This document shows positions 21,033-29,130 of a stretch of 64,000 bases of DNA, in pieces. This DNA comes from Wenzhouxiangellaceae bacterium (GTDB lineage: Bacteria > Pseudomonadota > Gammaproteobacteria > Xanthomonadales > Wenzhouxiangellaceae): NCBI GenBank assembly GCA_032251355.1, contig JAVVDV010000002.1, positions 66,253 through 130,252 on the forward strand, written 5' to 3'. How positions within the stretch are numbered: position 1 is the first letter of the stretch; every line of letters starts with the position of its first letter. The position numbers and the translations under genes were made by a program. The notes beneath the pieces were generated by a model, which saw nothing but the letters and a program-made list of their open reading frames with translations, made no database searches and had not been told where the DNA came from.

Positions 21033-21698
21033 TTGAACCTGCCTACAAGCATGCTGCCCGACGGCCTGCTGCTGGCCGCACTGGCGCTGTACCTGCCGCT
21101 GATGCTGTGGACGCTGGCGCGCGCGCCGTGGCGGCTGCTGGCGCAGAATCTGCTGGTACCGGTCTATCTCGGCGCGCTGGTGCTGCTGGCCGGGCTGTGG
21201 AGCATGCAGATCGGCGCCGCACACGGACCCGGACTGCATTTCCTCGGCCTGTCGGCGATGGTGCTGGTATTCGGCCCCGAGCTGGCGCTGGCCGCCGGCA
21301 TGCTGGTACTGCTGGGGCTGGGTGTGTCGGGCGTCCACGAGCTGGTCGCGCTCGGCGTCAACGGGCTGATCGGCGCCGTGCTGCCGGTGGCGCTGGCGAC
21401 ACGGCTGCACGCGCTGGTCTACCGCTTCTTTCCCAAGCACTACTTTGTCTACGTGCTGATCAGCGCGCACTTCGCCTCGATGGTCGTGATCGCGGTTGTA
21501 ATGGTGACCGGCACGCTGGTTCTGACGCTGGCCGGTGGCGCGAATCTGGCCACGCTGGCCGGCAACTACCTGGTGTTCCTGCCGATCGTGATGCTGCCCG
21601 AAGGCTTTCTAAACGGCGCGATCATGGCCATGCTGACGGCCTGGAAGCCCGAATGGGTGCGCAGCTTCGACGACCGCGATTACATCGACGGCAAGTAG
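21033..21698 (+). CDS. Polytopic membrane protein, possibly CbiM/ECF-transporter-permease-like
   Basis: About 6 TM helices. Conserved-looking C-terminus LPEGFLNGAIMAMLTAWKPEWVRSFDD. TTG 21033 or ATG 21051 start. Family assignment is by recall only. Confidence 0.5.
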   Translation: MNLPTSMLPDGLLLAALALYLPLMLWTLARAPWRLLAQNLLVPVYLGALVLLAGLWSMQIGAAHGPGLHFLGLSAMVLVFGPELALAAGMLVLLGLGVSGVHELVALGVNGLIGAVLPVALATRLHALVYRFFPKHYFVYVLISAHFASMVVIAVVMVTGTLVLTLAGGANLATLAGNYLVFLPIVMLPEGFLNGAIMAMLTAWKPEWVRSFDDRDYIDGK

Positions 21699-21705
21699 CT
21701 CGGCC

Positions 21706-22740
21706 TCACGGATCGTTTCGCTTGACTGCTGCCGCCGCGCGCACGGCCAGCGCAATGTCGGGGTGATCGGTAAACAGCGCATCGATCTTCAAGTCATGGA
21801 TAAACAGCGCCAGCATGCGCTCCAGTGTGACACCCGGCGGCATCGATTCGCGCCGGAAGGTGTAGGGGTGAACGGCCAGCCCGTTGGCACGGGCGCGCTC
21901 GAGCAAGGCGCGGTCTGCCGAGTCGGTCGGCACCAGGCGTGCGATCGGCGGGCCAATGGCGTCGGCATAGCGCGCGATCGCCGAGAGTCCTTCGGGCGTG
22001 CGCATCGCGTCGTAGTCGACCTCGTTCATGGCCCAGTCGTTCTCGCCGATCAACTGCACCAGCGCGAACCGGTCGCCGTGTTCGCGGCGGATGCGCACCA
22101 GCGGCTCAGGCTCGAAACACTGGATGAAGACCGGCAGGTCCGCACGCGGCAATTCGTGCGCCAGCAGTTCCTCGACCACCGCCGCTGTGATGTCGTGGCC
22201 GGCCTCGCGGTGCAGGCTTGGGAACTTGATTTCCGGATAGATGCCGACCGCGCGGCCGGTGGTGCGGTTGAGCCGGGTGACCAGTTTTATCAACTCGGCC
22301 AGCGTGACCGGCTGGAAGCGTCCCTGCCCGACCGGCCAGCGCGCCGGGTAACGCGCCAGCCCGCTGTCGGGCTCGACGCGCTCATTGAAATTCAGCGACC
22401 GGATTTCGGCCAGCGTGAAGTCCATGGCATAAAAACGACCGTCGCCTCGGTCACGGGTCGGGAAACGCTGGGCGACATCGGTGGTCGCCTCGAGCGTGGC
22501 GTCGTGCAGCGAGATCAGCGCACCGTCGGCGGTCATCACCAGGTCGGGCTCGAGAAAATCCGCGCCCATGCCGTAGGCCAGCAGGTAGGCCTCGCGGGTG
22601 TGTTCGGGCAGATGCGCCGAAGCACCGCGATGGGCGATGATGCGGGTGCCCGGATCGGCAGACACGGTCGCGGCAGCAAGCCAGATCGTCATCGTCATGC
22701 ACAGCCAGACCGGCCAACGCGGGTAACGGCTTTCATTCAC
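21706..22740 (-). CDS. glpQ: Periplasmic glycerophosphodiester phosphodiesterase
   Basis: Signal peptide, then the GDPD motif [19 protein letters not shown], followed by [20 protein letters not shown] overlap with the rraA stop. Confidence 0.88.
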   Translation of the reverse strand: MNESRYPRWPVWLCMTMTIWLAAATVSADPGTRIIAHRGASAHLPEHTREAYLLAYGMGADFLEPDLVMTADGALISLHDATLEATTDVAQRFPTRDRGDGRFYAMDFTLAEIRSLNFNERVEPDSGLARYPARWPVGQGRFQPVTLAELIKLVTRLNRTTGRAVGIYPEIKFPSLHREAGHDITAAVVEELLAHELPRADLPVFIQCFEPEPLVRIRREHGDRFALVQLIGENDWAMNEVDYDAMRTPEGLSAIARYADAIGPPIARLVPTDSADRALLERARANGLAVHPYTFRRESMPPGVTLERMLALFIHDLKIDALFTDHPDIALAVRAAAAVKRNDP

Positions 22741-23231
22741 GCCAGCACCCGGTCGGCGACGATCACGCCATTGGCATCGGCATAGAGATACTCGCCCGGC
22801 CGCAACACCACGCCGCCGAACGACACCGGCACATCGGCCTGGCCCTCGCCGCGGCGCACGCTCTTGATCGGCACCGCACCCAGCGCCAGCACGCCCAGAT
22901 CGATGCCAGCCAGCACCTCGACATCGCGGCAGGCGCCGTGAATGACCACCCCGGCCCAGCCGTTGGCCTGGGCGGCGGCTGCAATCTGGTCGCCGATCAG
23001 CGCGTGGCGCAGCGAGCCGCCGCCGTCGACCACCAGCACCGCACCATTACCCGGCTCGGCCAATCGCTCCTTGACGCGCGAGTTGTCCTCGAAACAGCGA
23101 GCGGTGCGGATGGGTCCGTGAAATTTCGCGCGCCCACCAAACGAGCGCCAGTCGATCCCGGTCACCACGCGCACGTACTCGGCATGCGCATCGCACAGAT
23201 CCGGGGTGGTCCAGTGTTCGGTCCTGTTCAT
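22737..23231 (-). CDS. rraA: RraA family protein (RNase E activity regulator / HMG-aldolase family)
   Basis: [34 protein letters not shown]...[19 protein letters not shown] match the RraA pattern throughout. Confidence 0.9.
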   Translation of the reverse strand: MNRTEHWTTPDLCDAHAEYVRVVTGIDWRSFGGRAKFHGPIRTARCFEDNSRVKERLAEPGNGAVLVVDGGGSLRHALIGDQIAAAAQANGWAGVVIHGACRDVEVLAGIDLGVLALGAVPIKSVRRGEGQADVPVSFGGVVLRPGEYLYADANGVIVADRVLA

Positions 23232-23602
23232 TTCACACCTCCGGCCGCCAGCCGGTCCAGTTTGACTTCAACGCGCTTGATTTCGCGCAGCACCGAGTTT
23301 CGGTTCATTTCCATGAAGAACCATAGCTTGAGCATACTCATCGCGTGGAAGCCGAACAGCGCCCCCAGGCCCCAGAGCAGACGGTCACTCGCCGCATCCA
23401 ATGTCACCACCTGCCAGACGCACCACACGGTGAGCACCAAAAATACCAGCGTCAGTGCCATTGCGTAAGCGGCCCAGCGCTTCAGACCGCCGACGAACAC
23501 GCGCCGGAGCATGCCGAACAAACCACCGTCGTCATCGGGCAATGCGTCGATTTCGTCGACCTGGCGTGCCAGTTCTTCACGAATTCTGTGATCAAGATTC
23601 AT
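23228..23602 (-). CDS. Small membrane protein downstream of the ECF sigma (possible anti-sigma-like partner)
   Basis: 124 aa. Two TM helices ([24 protein letters not shown] and [22 protein letters not shown]). Overlaps the sigma stop by 11 nt and the rraA start by 4 nt. Confidence 0.6.
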   Translation of the reverse strand: MNLDHRIREELARQVDEIDALPDDDGGLFGMLRRVFVGGLKRWAAYAMALTLVFLVLTVWCVWQVVTLDAASDRLLWGLGALFGFHAMSMLKLWFFMEMNRNSVLREIKRVEVKLDRLAAGGVK

Positions 23603-24170
23603 CGTCGTCTCCTTGCAGTTGATGTTTCAGCTCGCCGCGCGCCCGGTGCAGTCGGGACTTCACGGTACCCGGCGGAATGTCCAGGACCAGTGCGATTTCG
23701 GCAATCGAGAGGCCCGAGAGGTAGAACAGCCCGACCACTTCGCGTTCTGGCGCGGCCAGTTGGCCCAGCGCGCGAGCCAGGTCAAAATCGGTCGCCTGCG
23801 CCCCGGCCTGGCGACCACCATCGTCGGGCTCGTCCCCCGCTGTAATGCCGGCGGTCGGCGACCGGCGGCGCAGTTGATCGAACACGCGCCAGCGCACCTG
23901 ACGGAACACCCAGGGGCGGAAACCGCGCGGATCGTCGAGCCGCCGCAGATTGCCGGCCACGGCTACCCAGGCGTCCTGCACCGCATCGCGCGCGAGGTCG
24001 CGATCGCGGGCAATAGCGAAGGCGAACCGCAGCAGGTCACGCTGGGTGGCGCGAACCAGAGTCTCCAACGCACCGCGGTCCCCGTCCTGGGCGGCCAGTA
24101 CCAGCAGATCAAGCTCGGCGGAATTCATGCGCAGTGGCGTCATTTCTTCGTACTTGTCCAACAAACGCAC
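23592..24170 (-). CDS. ECF-type RNA polymerase sigma factor
   Basis: Region 2 (ARDAVQDAWVAVAGN, RPWVFRQVRWRVFDQLRRR) and region 4 (EREVVGLFYLSGLSIAEIALVLDIPPGTVKSRLHRAR). Confidence 0.9.
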   Translation of the reverse strand: MRLLDKYEEMTPLRMNSAELDLLVLAAQDGDRGALETLVRATQRDLLRFAFAIARDRDLARDAVQDAWVAVAGNLRRLDDPRGFRPWVFRQVRWRVFDQLRRRSPTAGITAGDEPDDGGRQAGAQATDFDLARALGQLAAPEREVVGLFYLSGLSIAEIALVLDIPPGTVKSRLHRARGELKHQLQGDDDES

Positions 24171-24244
24171 GATCCACGGAAAAGGTTCGCAATCGACCGG
24201 ATTCGATGCTACATTTCGCGCCAGAACCGAGGTGGGGGCCGACG

Positions 24245-24463
24245 ATGAATCATCGCGAGCTGGTCGAGGCGCTGTTCGAGGAATTCGACCAAAACAACGA
24301 CGGGAAGCTGAGCAAGCGCGAGTTCCGCGAGCTGATCACGTGCATGCTGGGCGAGCATGGTCTCGAGACCAGCTCGCGCATCTTCGATCGCTTCGACACC
24401 GACCACGACAACGCGATCACGCGCGAGGAGCTGGTCGATCTGGTGATCGAGTACGCGATCTGA
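24245..24463 (+). CDS. Small EF-hand calcium-binding protein (two EF loops, 72 aa)
   Basis: Start at ATG 24245 (MNHRELVEALFEEF). EF loops DQNNDGKLSKREF and DTDHDNAITREEL. Divergent from the ECF sigma gene. Confidence 0.7.
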   Translation: MNHRELVEALFEEFDQNNDGKLSKREFRELITCMLGEHGLETSSRIFDRFDTDHDNAITREELVDLVIEYAI

Positions 24464-24479
24464 GCCCGGCTCCGTGCCA

Positions 24480-24752
24480 TCAATCGCGTCGGCGCGACAG
24501 TCGGATCGCGGTCCAGGAAATCGAAACCGCGGCGGCACACCAGGCCAGATAACGCAGCGCCTGGTGGACGGCGAGCGCGCCGATGTGCCAGTCCGGCGCC
24601 GTCAAGCGAAGTCCGAATGAGGCGGTCAACAGGCCGAAAGTCACCACCAGCGCGATGTAATAGACCTGTCGCCGCTTGAGTCCCAGTCGGGCGAACGCGA
24701 CCAGGTGCGCGGCAAACAGCAGTAACAGCAAGACATTGACGGTCGTTGACAT
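24480..24752 (-). CDS. Small hypothetical membrane protein (3 TM)
   Basis: ATG 24752 (MSTTVNVLLLLLFAAHLVAF..). Three hydrophobic helices. No family recognised. Confidence 0.5.
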   Translation of the reverse strand: MSTTVNVLLLLLFAAHLVAFARLGLKRRQVYYIALVVTFGLLTASFGLRLTAPDWHIGALAVHQALRYLAWCAAAVSISWTAIRLSRRRD

Positions 24753-24842
24753 GGCGCGATTGTAGCGACCTGCTGACCTGACGCGGCGCGATTGATGCCC
24801 CATTTGCTATCCTGACGATCACACCGCTCCCGGACACCGATC

Positions 24843-25847
24843 ATGATCAACCGCCTGCTGGGCACCGGCCGCCGCCGGATCATCACGCTGGCCGTGCTCG
24901 CCCTGATTCTCGTCAACCTCGGCTTGATGTGGTGGCTGAACGAAGAGCCCGAGACCTTCGACCCGGTCGATCGCGCCCAGGCCCGGGCCGAACAGGCCGG
25001 TCACCAACTCGCCACCGGCTATGTCACCACCGCAACCCTGATCGATGTGGTGGACACGCTGCTCGGCAAGCGTGGCGGCTATCTGGTCAACGACAAGTTG
25101 CCGCCGTTCGTACTGCTCGACAACATCCCGAACTGGGAAATCGGCGTGGTCTTCCAGGTGCGCGATCTGGCGCGCTCGCTGCGCAACGACTTCAGTCGTT
25201 CGCAGACACAGTCCGGGGAGGATTCGGATCTGGCGATCGCCGACCCACAGTTCTCGTTCGATTATTCGGCCTGGGTGCTGCCGTCGACCGAGCGCGAGTA
25301 CCGCGACGGCGTGCGCGCGCTGAAGCGCTACCTGGAGCGTCTGGGCAACGACCAGGCCGACGATGCCCGCTTCTACGCCCGCGCCGACAGCCTGCGCGAA
25401 TACCTGGCCTTGGTCGAAAAACGCCTCGGCAACATCAGCCAGAAACTCTCGGCCAGCACCGGCGAGCGGCGCACCAATACCGACCTGGCCGGCGAGCCGG
25501 CGGCAAGAGAATCCAGCACCATCGGCCGCGAGGTGCAGGTGCGCACCTCATGGCTGCAGATCGACGATGTGTTCTATGAGGCACGCGGCACCACCTGGGC
25601 GCTGATCCATTTCCTGCGGGCCGTCGAGCACGACTTCGCCTCGGTGCTCGAAGACAAGAACGCTCAGGCCAGTCTGAATCAGATCATCCGCGAGCTGGAG
25701 GCCAGCCAGCGAGCGCTGATGAGCCCGGTGGTGCTCAACGGCTCCGGCTTCAGCGTGTTTGCCAACCACTCGCTGGTGATGGCCAACTACATTGCGCGCG
25801 CCAACGCAGCGTTAATCGATCTGCGACGGCTACTCGAACAGGGCTGA
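24843..25847 (+). CDS. DUF2333 family protein
   Basis: N-terminal TM. Conserved block GGYLVNDKLPPFVLLDNIPNWEIGVVFQVRDLARSLRNDFSRSQTQSGEDSDL and later FYARADSLREYL match my recollection of DUF2333. Confidence 0.65.
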   Translation: MINRLLGTGRRRIITLAVLALILVNLGLMWWLNEEPETFDPVDRAQARAEQAGHQLATGYVTTATLIDVVDTLLGKRGGYLVNDKLPPFVLLDNIPNWEIGVVFQVRDLARSLRNDFSRSQTQSGEDSDLAIADPQFSFDYSAWVLPSTEREYRDGVRALKRYLERLGNDQADDARFYARADSLREYLALVEKRLGNISQKLSASTGERRTNTDLAGEPAARESSTIGREVQVRTSWLQIDDVFYEARGTTWALIHFLRAVEHDFASVLEDKNAQASLNQIIRELEASQRALMSPVVLNGSGFSVFANHSLVMANYIARANAALIDLRRLLEQG

Positions 25848-25851
25848 GCCG

Positions 25852-26316
25852 TCAACCATCAAACACCAGCTTGCGCGAGGCCAGATAATTAAAGGTCATG
25901 CCGACCAGACCGCCGATCCAGATCGCGAACAGCGGCAGCAGTGCCTGCGACCAGCCGCCGAGCTCCAGCCGCCCGCCCAGAAGCACGACCAGCGCAAACA
26001 CCGCGTAATTCAGCACACCGCCGACGGCATGTACGCTGAAGAACCGCAGCAGTTCATCCCAAAGCACGCGCGCGCGATCGAGGTGGCGAAACGTGAAGTA
26101 GCGATTGAGCAGGTAGCCTGCGCTCATCGCAGCGCCATAGGACACCACGCGCGCGGAGTAGATATTGAAACCAGGCGCGTCTTTCAACAGGTAAAGCAGG
26201 CCGGCATCGATCAGCGAGATCGTGCCGCCGACGCAGGCAAAGCGAAAGAAGGTCGCGCGGCTGCTGGTTGAATGCGCGCCGCGCTGAAGAAGCCGCCAGG
26301 CGGCACGTGCCGGCAT
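25852..26316 (-). CDS. GtrA family membrane protein
   Basis: FFRFACVGGTISLIDAGLLYLL, four TM helices, and ending ..NYLASRKLVFDG, typical of GtrA-like proteins. Confidence 0.75.
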   Translation of the reverse strand: MPARAAWRLLQRGAHSTSSRATFFRFACVGGTISLIDAGLLYLLKDAPGFNIYSARVVSYGAAMSAGYLLNRYFTFRHLDRARVLWDELLRFFSVHAVGGVLNYAVFALVVLLGGRLELGGWSQALLPLFAIWIGGLVGMTFNYLASRKLVFDG

Positions 26317-26332
26317 CGTGGGCCCCTTTCGA

Positions 26333-27145
26333 TCAGTTGTCGGTCAGCAGGGCCTGATAGCGCTCGCGCACCCACGCTTGCCCATGCCTTCGCTCCAGCC
26401 GTCGGATGGTGAAATGGCCGCGGGCGATGCCCTGGAAGTGCTCGATGAACGCGGCATTGATCATCGCGCCACCGACAGCGCCGACCAGCGGCACGGCCTG
26501 GGCGGCGGCCTTCTGCGAAACGACGATCGAAAAGCGCGAAGCGATCGCGGTGATCAACCGGGCCAGCGCCGGCGCACTGCCGCTGCCGAGACCGGCGCCG
26601 GCAAAATGCGCAGCGGCCTCGGAGACCGCGCGTGCCAGCAGCGCGCGGGTTGCGAAATAGCCAGTCTCGGTCGCATCGTCACGACGCGTCGGGCCACCCA
26701 GGGCAAACACCTGCAGGCACTGCACGCGCGCTTCCGGGCTGTCCAGCGACTCGCCCTGGGCCTGCGCAATCGCACCGATCGAACGCAGCATCAGCGTGGT
26801 CGAGACCGGCAGTTCGACCGCCAGCGCGGGCAGTCCGAACGCACCGCCCAGTCCGCCGCTCAGGGCCGCGGCAAAGCGGTGCCGCTTGAGGGCCGGGTCC
26901 AGGCTCTTTTCATTCAGCGTCGAGATTGCCAGCTGCAGGGCGCGCTCCAGCGCGGCGTTGGTGATTGCATCAATGCGCCCGCGCCAGCCGTCGGGGAGAC
27001 GCTGCAAGCCGCCTTCCAGCGGCCGGCCGACCAAATCGCTCAGGCGCGCGGCCAGAGACGGATTTTCCAGCAACCGTCGCGCCTCGGCCAGGTCGTTCAG
27101 GTCGGCCGACGAGAGCGGGGACGCCGCAGGCGCGAGCTCTCCCAT
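26333..27145 (-). CDS. EcsC family protein
   Basis: Start ATG 27145, 4 nt after the lpdA stop. C-terminal AAQAVPLVGAVGGAMINAAFIEHFQGIARGHFTIRRLERRHG fits the EcsC pattern. Confidence 0.7.
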   Translation of the reverse strand: MGELAPAASPLSSADLNDLAEARRLLENPSLAARLSDLVGRPLEGGLQRLPDGWRGRIDAITNAALERALQLAISTLNEKSLDPALKRHRFAAALSGGLGGAFGLPALAVELPVSTTLMLRSIGAIAQAQGESLDSPEARVQCLQVFALGGPTRRDDATETGYFATRALLARAVSEAAAHFAGAGLGSGSAPALARLITAIASRFSIVVSQKAAAQAVPLVGAVGGAMINAAFIEHFQGIARGHFTIRRLERRHGQAWVRERYQALLTDN

Positions 27146-27149
27146 GGAC

Positions 27150-28952
27150 TCAGGCGGCGCGCTTTTTCTTCGGCGCGTACAAGTCGGTAATGGTGCCCTC
27201 GAACATCTCGGCACCCATCATCACCGACTCCGACAGGGTTGGATGCGGGTGGATGGTCAGACCGATATCCTCGGCGGTCGCACCCATTTCGATCGCAAGC
27301 CCGATCTCGGCGATCAGGTCACCGGCATGCATGCCGACCACGCCGCCGCCGATCACCCGACCGGAAGCCTTGTCGACGATCAGCTTGGTAAAGCCCTCGG
27401 CGCGGCCCATGCCCAGCGCACGGCCGCTGGCCGCCCACGGGAACTTGCCGACGCCGTAGTCCAGCCCCTGCTCGCGGGCCTGGTTCTCGGTCACACCGAC
27501 CCAGGCGACTTCCGGATCGGTGTAGGCCACCGACGGGATCACGCGCGCATCGGCCGCACGCTTCTCGCCGGCGGCAACCTCGGCGGCGACCTTGCCCTCG
27601 TAGCTGGCCTTGTGCGCCAGCATCGGCTGGCCGATGATGTCGCCGATCGCGAAGATATGCGGCACGTTGGTCCGCAGCTGCCCGTCGACTTCGATGAAAC
27701 CGCGCTCGGTCACCGCCACGCCGGCCTGGTCGGCGGCCAGCCGATCGCCGTTGGGTCGTCGACCCACGCTCACCAGCACGCGGTCGAATTCGGCCGACTC
27801 GGGCGCCTTGTCGCCTTCGAAGCGTGCGGTTAGCGAACGCTCGCCGGCCTCGACACCGGCCACCCGGGTTTCCAGGTAGAACGTGGTGCCGAGCTTTTGC
27901 AGGTGCTGGTGCAACGGTTTGACCAGATCCTTGTCGGCGCCGGGCATGAGCTGGTTCATCATCTCGACCACGGTCACCTGCGCGCCCAGGGTGCGGTATA
28001 CACAGGCCATCTCCAGCCCGATGATGCCGCCGCCAATGATCAGCAGCCGATCCGGCACCTCGGCCAGTTCCAGCGCGCCGCTCGAGTCCATCACGCGCGC
28101 ATCGTCCCACGGAATGCCCGGAATCTCGATGACGCGCGAACCGGCGGCGATGATGCACTGGGCAAAACTCACGTTGCGCGACTGACCGTCGTGCTCGACC
28201 GCGATTTCGTGCGCGCTACTGAACTGCCCACGGCCGGTAATCACCTCGACCTTGCGCTTCTTCGCCATCCCGGCCAGCCCGCCGGTGAGCTTGCCGACGG
28301 TGTCGTTCTTGAATTTGCGCAAGGCATCCAGATCGATATTCGGTTGGCCGAAAGTCACGCCATGATCCGCCAGATGCGCAACCGAATCGATCACCTGGCC
28401 GACGTGCAGCAAGGCCTTGGAGGGAATGCAGCCAACATTCAGACAGACCCCGCCAAGTGTTTCGTAGCGCTCGATCAGCGCGACCTTCAGGCCGAGATCG
28501 GCGGCCCGGAACGCGGCCGTGTAGCCACCCGGTCCGGCGCCGAGCACGACCAGATCGAAGTCGTAGTTCTCGCTGGACGCGCCGGCTCCTGAAGAAGCCT
28601 GCGGTTCCGTGGCCAGCTTCGATTCGCCAGCCTCAGGTTCCGCCTCCCGATCCGACGCTGGTTCCCGCGCCGGCTTTTCGCCGCCGGAATCCCCGCCGCC
28701 GGATTCGGCACCCTCGGCCTCGACCACCGCGATTACATCACCCTCGGAGACTTCGTCACCCTCGGCAACCTTGAGCGCAACGATCTTGCCGGCCGCCGAA
28801 GCCGGCACCTCCATCGTCGCCTTGTCCGATTCCAGCGTGATCAGCGACTGCTCCTGTGCCACCACATCACCTTCGGCCACCAGCACCTCGATGACCGGCA
28901 CCTTCTCGAAATCTCCAATATCGGGGACGCGAATTTCGGTTCTATTTGACAT
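27150..28952 (-). CDS. lpdA: Dihydrolipoyl dehydrogenase (E3) with N-terminal lipoyl domain
   Basis: Lipoyl domain LESDKATMEVPA, Ala/Gly/Ser/Glu-rich linker, GAGPGGY FAD site, redox-active disulfide GGVCLNVGCIPSK, C-terminal HPHPTLSE. Confidence 0.95.
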   Translation of the reverse strand: MSNRTEIRVPDIGDFEKVPVIEVLVAEGDVVAQEQSLITLESDKATMEVPASAAGKIVALKVAEGDEVSEGDVIAVVEAEGAESGGGDSGGEKPAREPASDREAEPEAGESKLATEPQASSGAGASSENYDFDLVVLGAGPGGYTAAFRAADLGLKVALIERYETLGGVCLNVGCIPSKALLHVGQVIDSVAHLADHGVTFGQPNIDLDALRKFKNDTVGKLTGGLAGMAKKRKVEVITGRGQFSSAHEIAVEHDGQSRNVSFAQCIIAAGSRVIEIPGIPWDDARVMDSSGALELAEVPDRLLIIGGGIIGLEMACVYRTLGAQVTVVEMMNQLMPGADKDLVKPLHQHLQKLGTTFYLETRVAGVEAGERSLTARFEGDKAPESAEFDRVLVSVGRRPNGDRLAADQAGVAVTERGFIEVDGQLRTNVPHIFAIGDIIGQPMLAHKASYEGKVAAEVAAGEKRAADARVIPSVAYTDPEVAWVGVTENQAREQGLDYGVGKFPWAASGRALGMGRAEGFTKLIVDKASGRVIGGGVVGMHAGDLIAEIGLAIEMGATAEDIGLTIHPHPTLSESVMMGAEMFEGTITDLYAPKKKRAA

Positions 28953-28973
28953 GCGGTTTCTCTTTTGAATTTG

Positions 28974-29110
28974 TTACCGCAGATGAACAAACCAGGAAAC
29001 CGGAGGTGTTCTTCTTTCGTGGTACAGCAGAAAGCTTTGAACAGAAAACTGTTTTCACTGATCCGATCTTCCCATTCTTATCTGCGTTTATCTGCGTTCA
29101 TCTGCGGTAA
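28974..29110. repeat. Decamer-array inverted-repeat element in the lpdA-aceF spacer
   Basis: Left end is TTACCGCAGATGAAC (28974-28988). Right end is TTATCTGCGTTTATCTGCGTTCATCTGCGGTAA (29078-29110), three 10-bp-phased units whose last 15 nt are the exact reverse complement of the left end. AT-rich relative to the flanks. Confidence 0.7.
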
Positions 29111-29130
29111 GAAAAAGACCTTGGTACTGT

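Noticed and set aside
29078-29110. Decamer arrays as a CRISPR array, plasmid-type iterons or DnaA boxes/oriC
   Set aside because: The units are contiguous 10-mers with no spacers (not CRISPR), and no cas or rep genes are nearby. TTATCTGCG differs from the DnaA box TTATCCACA at key positions. The arrays occur in four separate operon spacers rather than at one origin-like locus.
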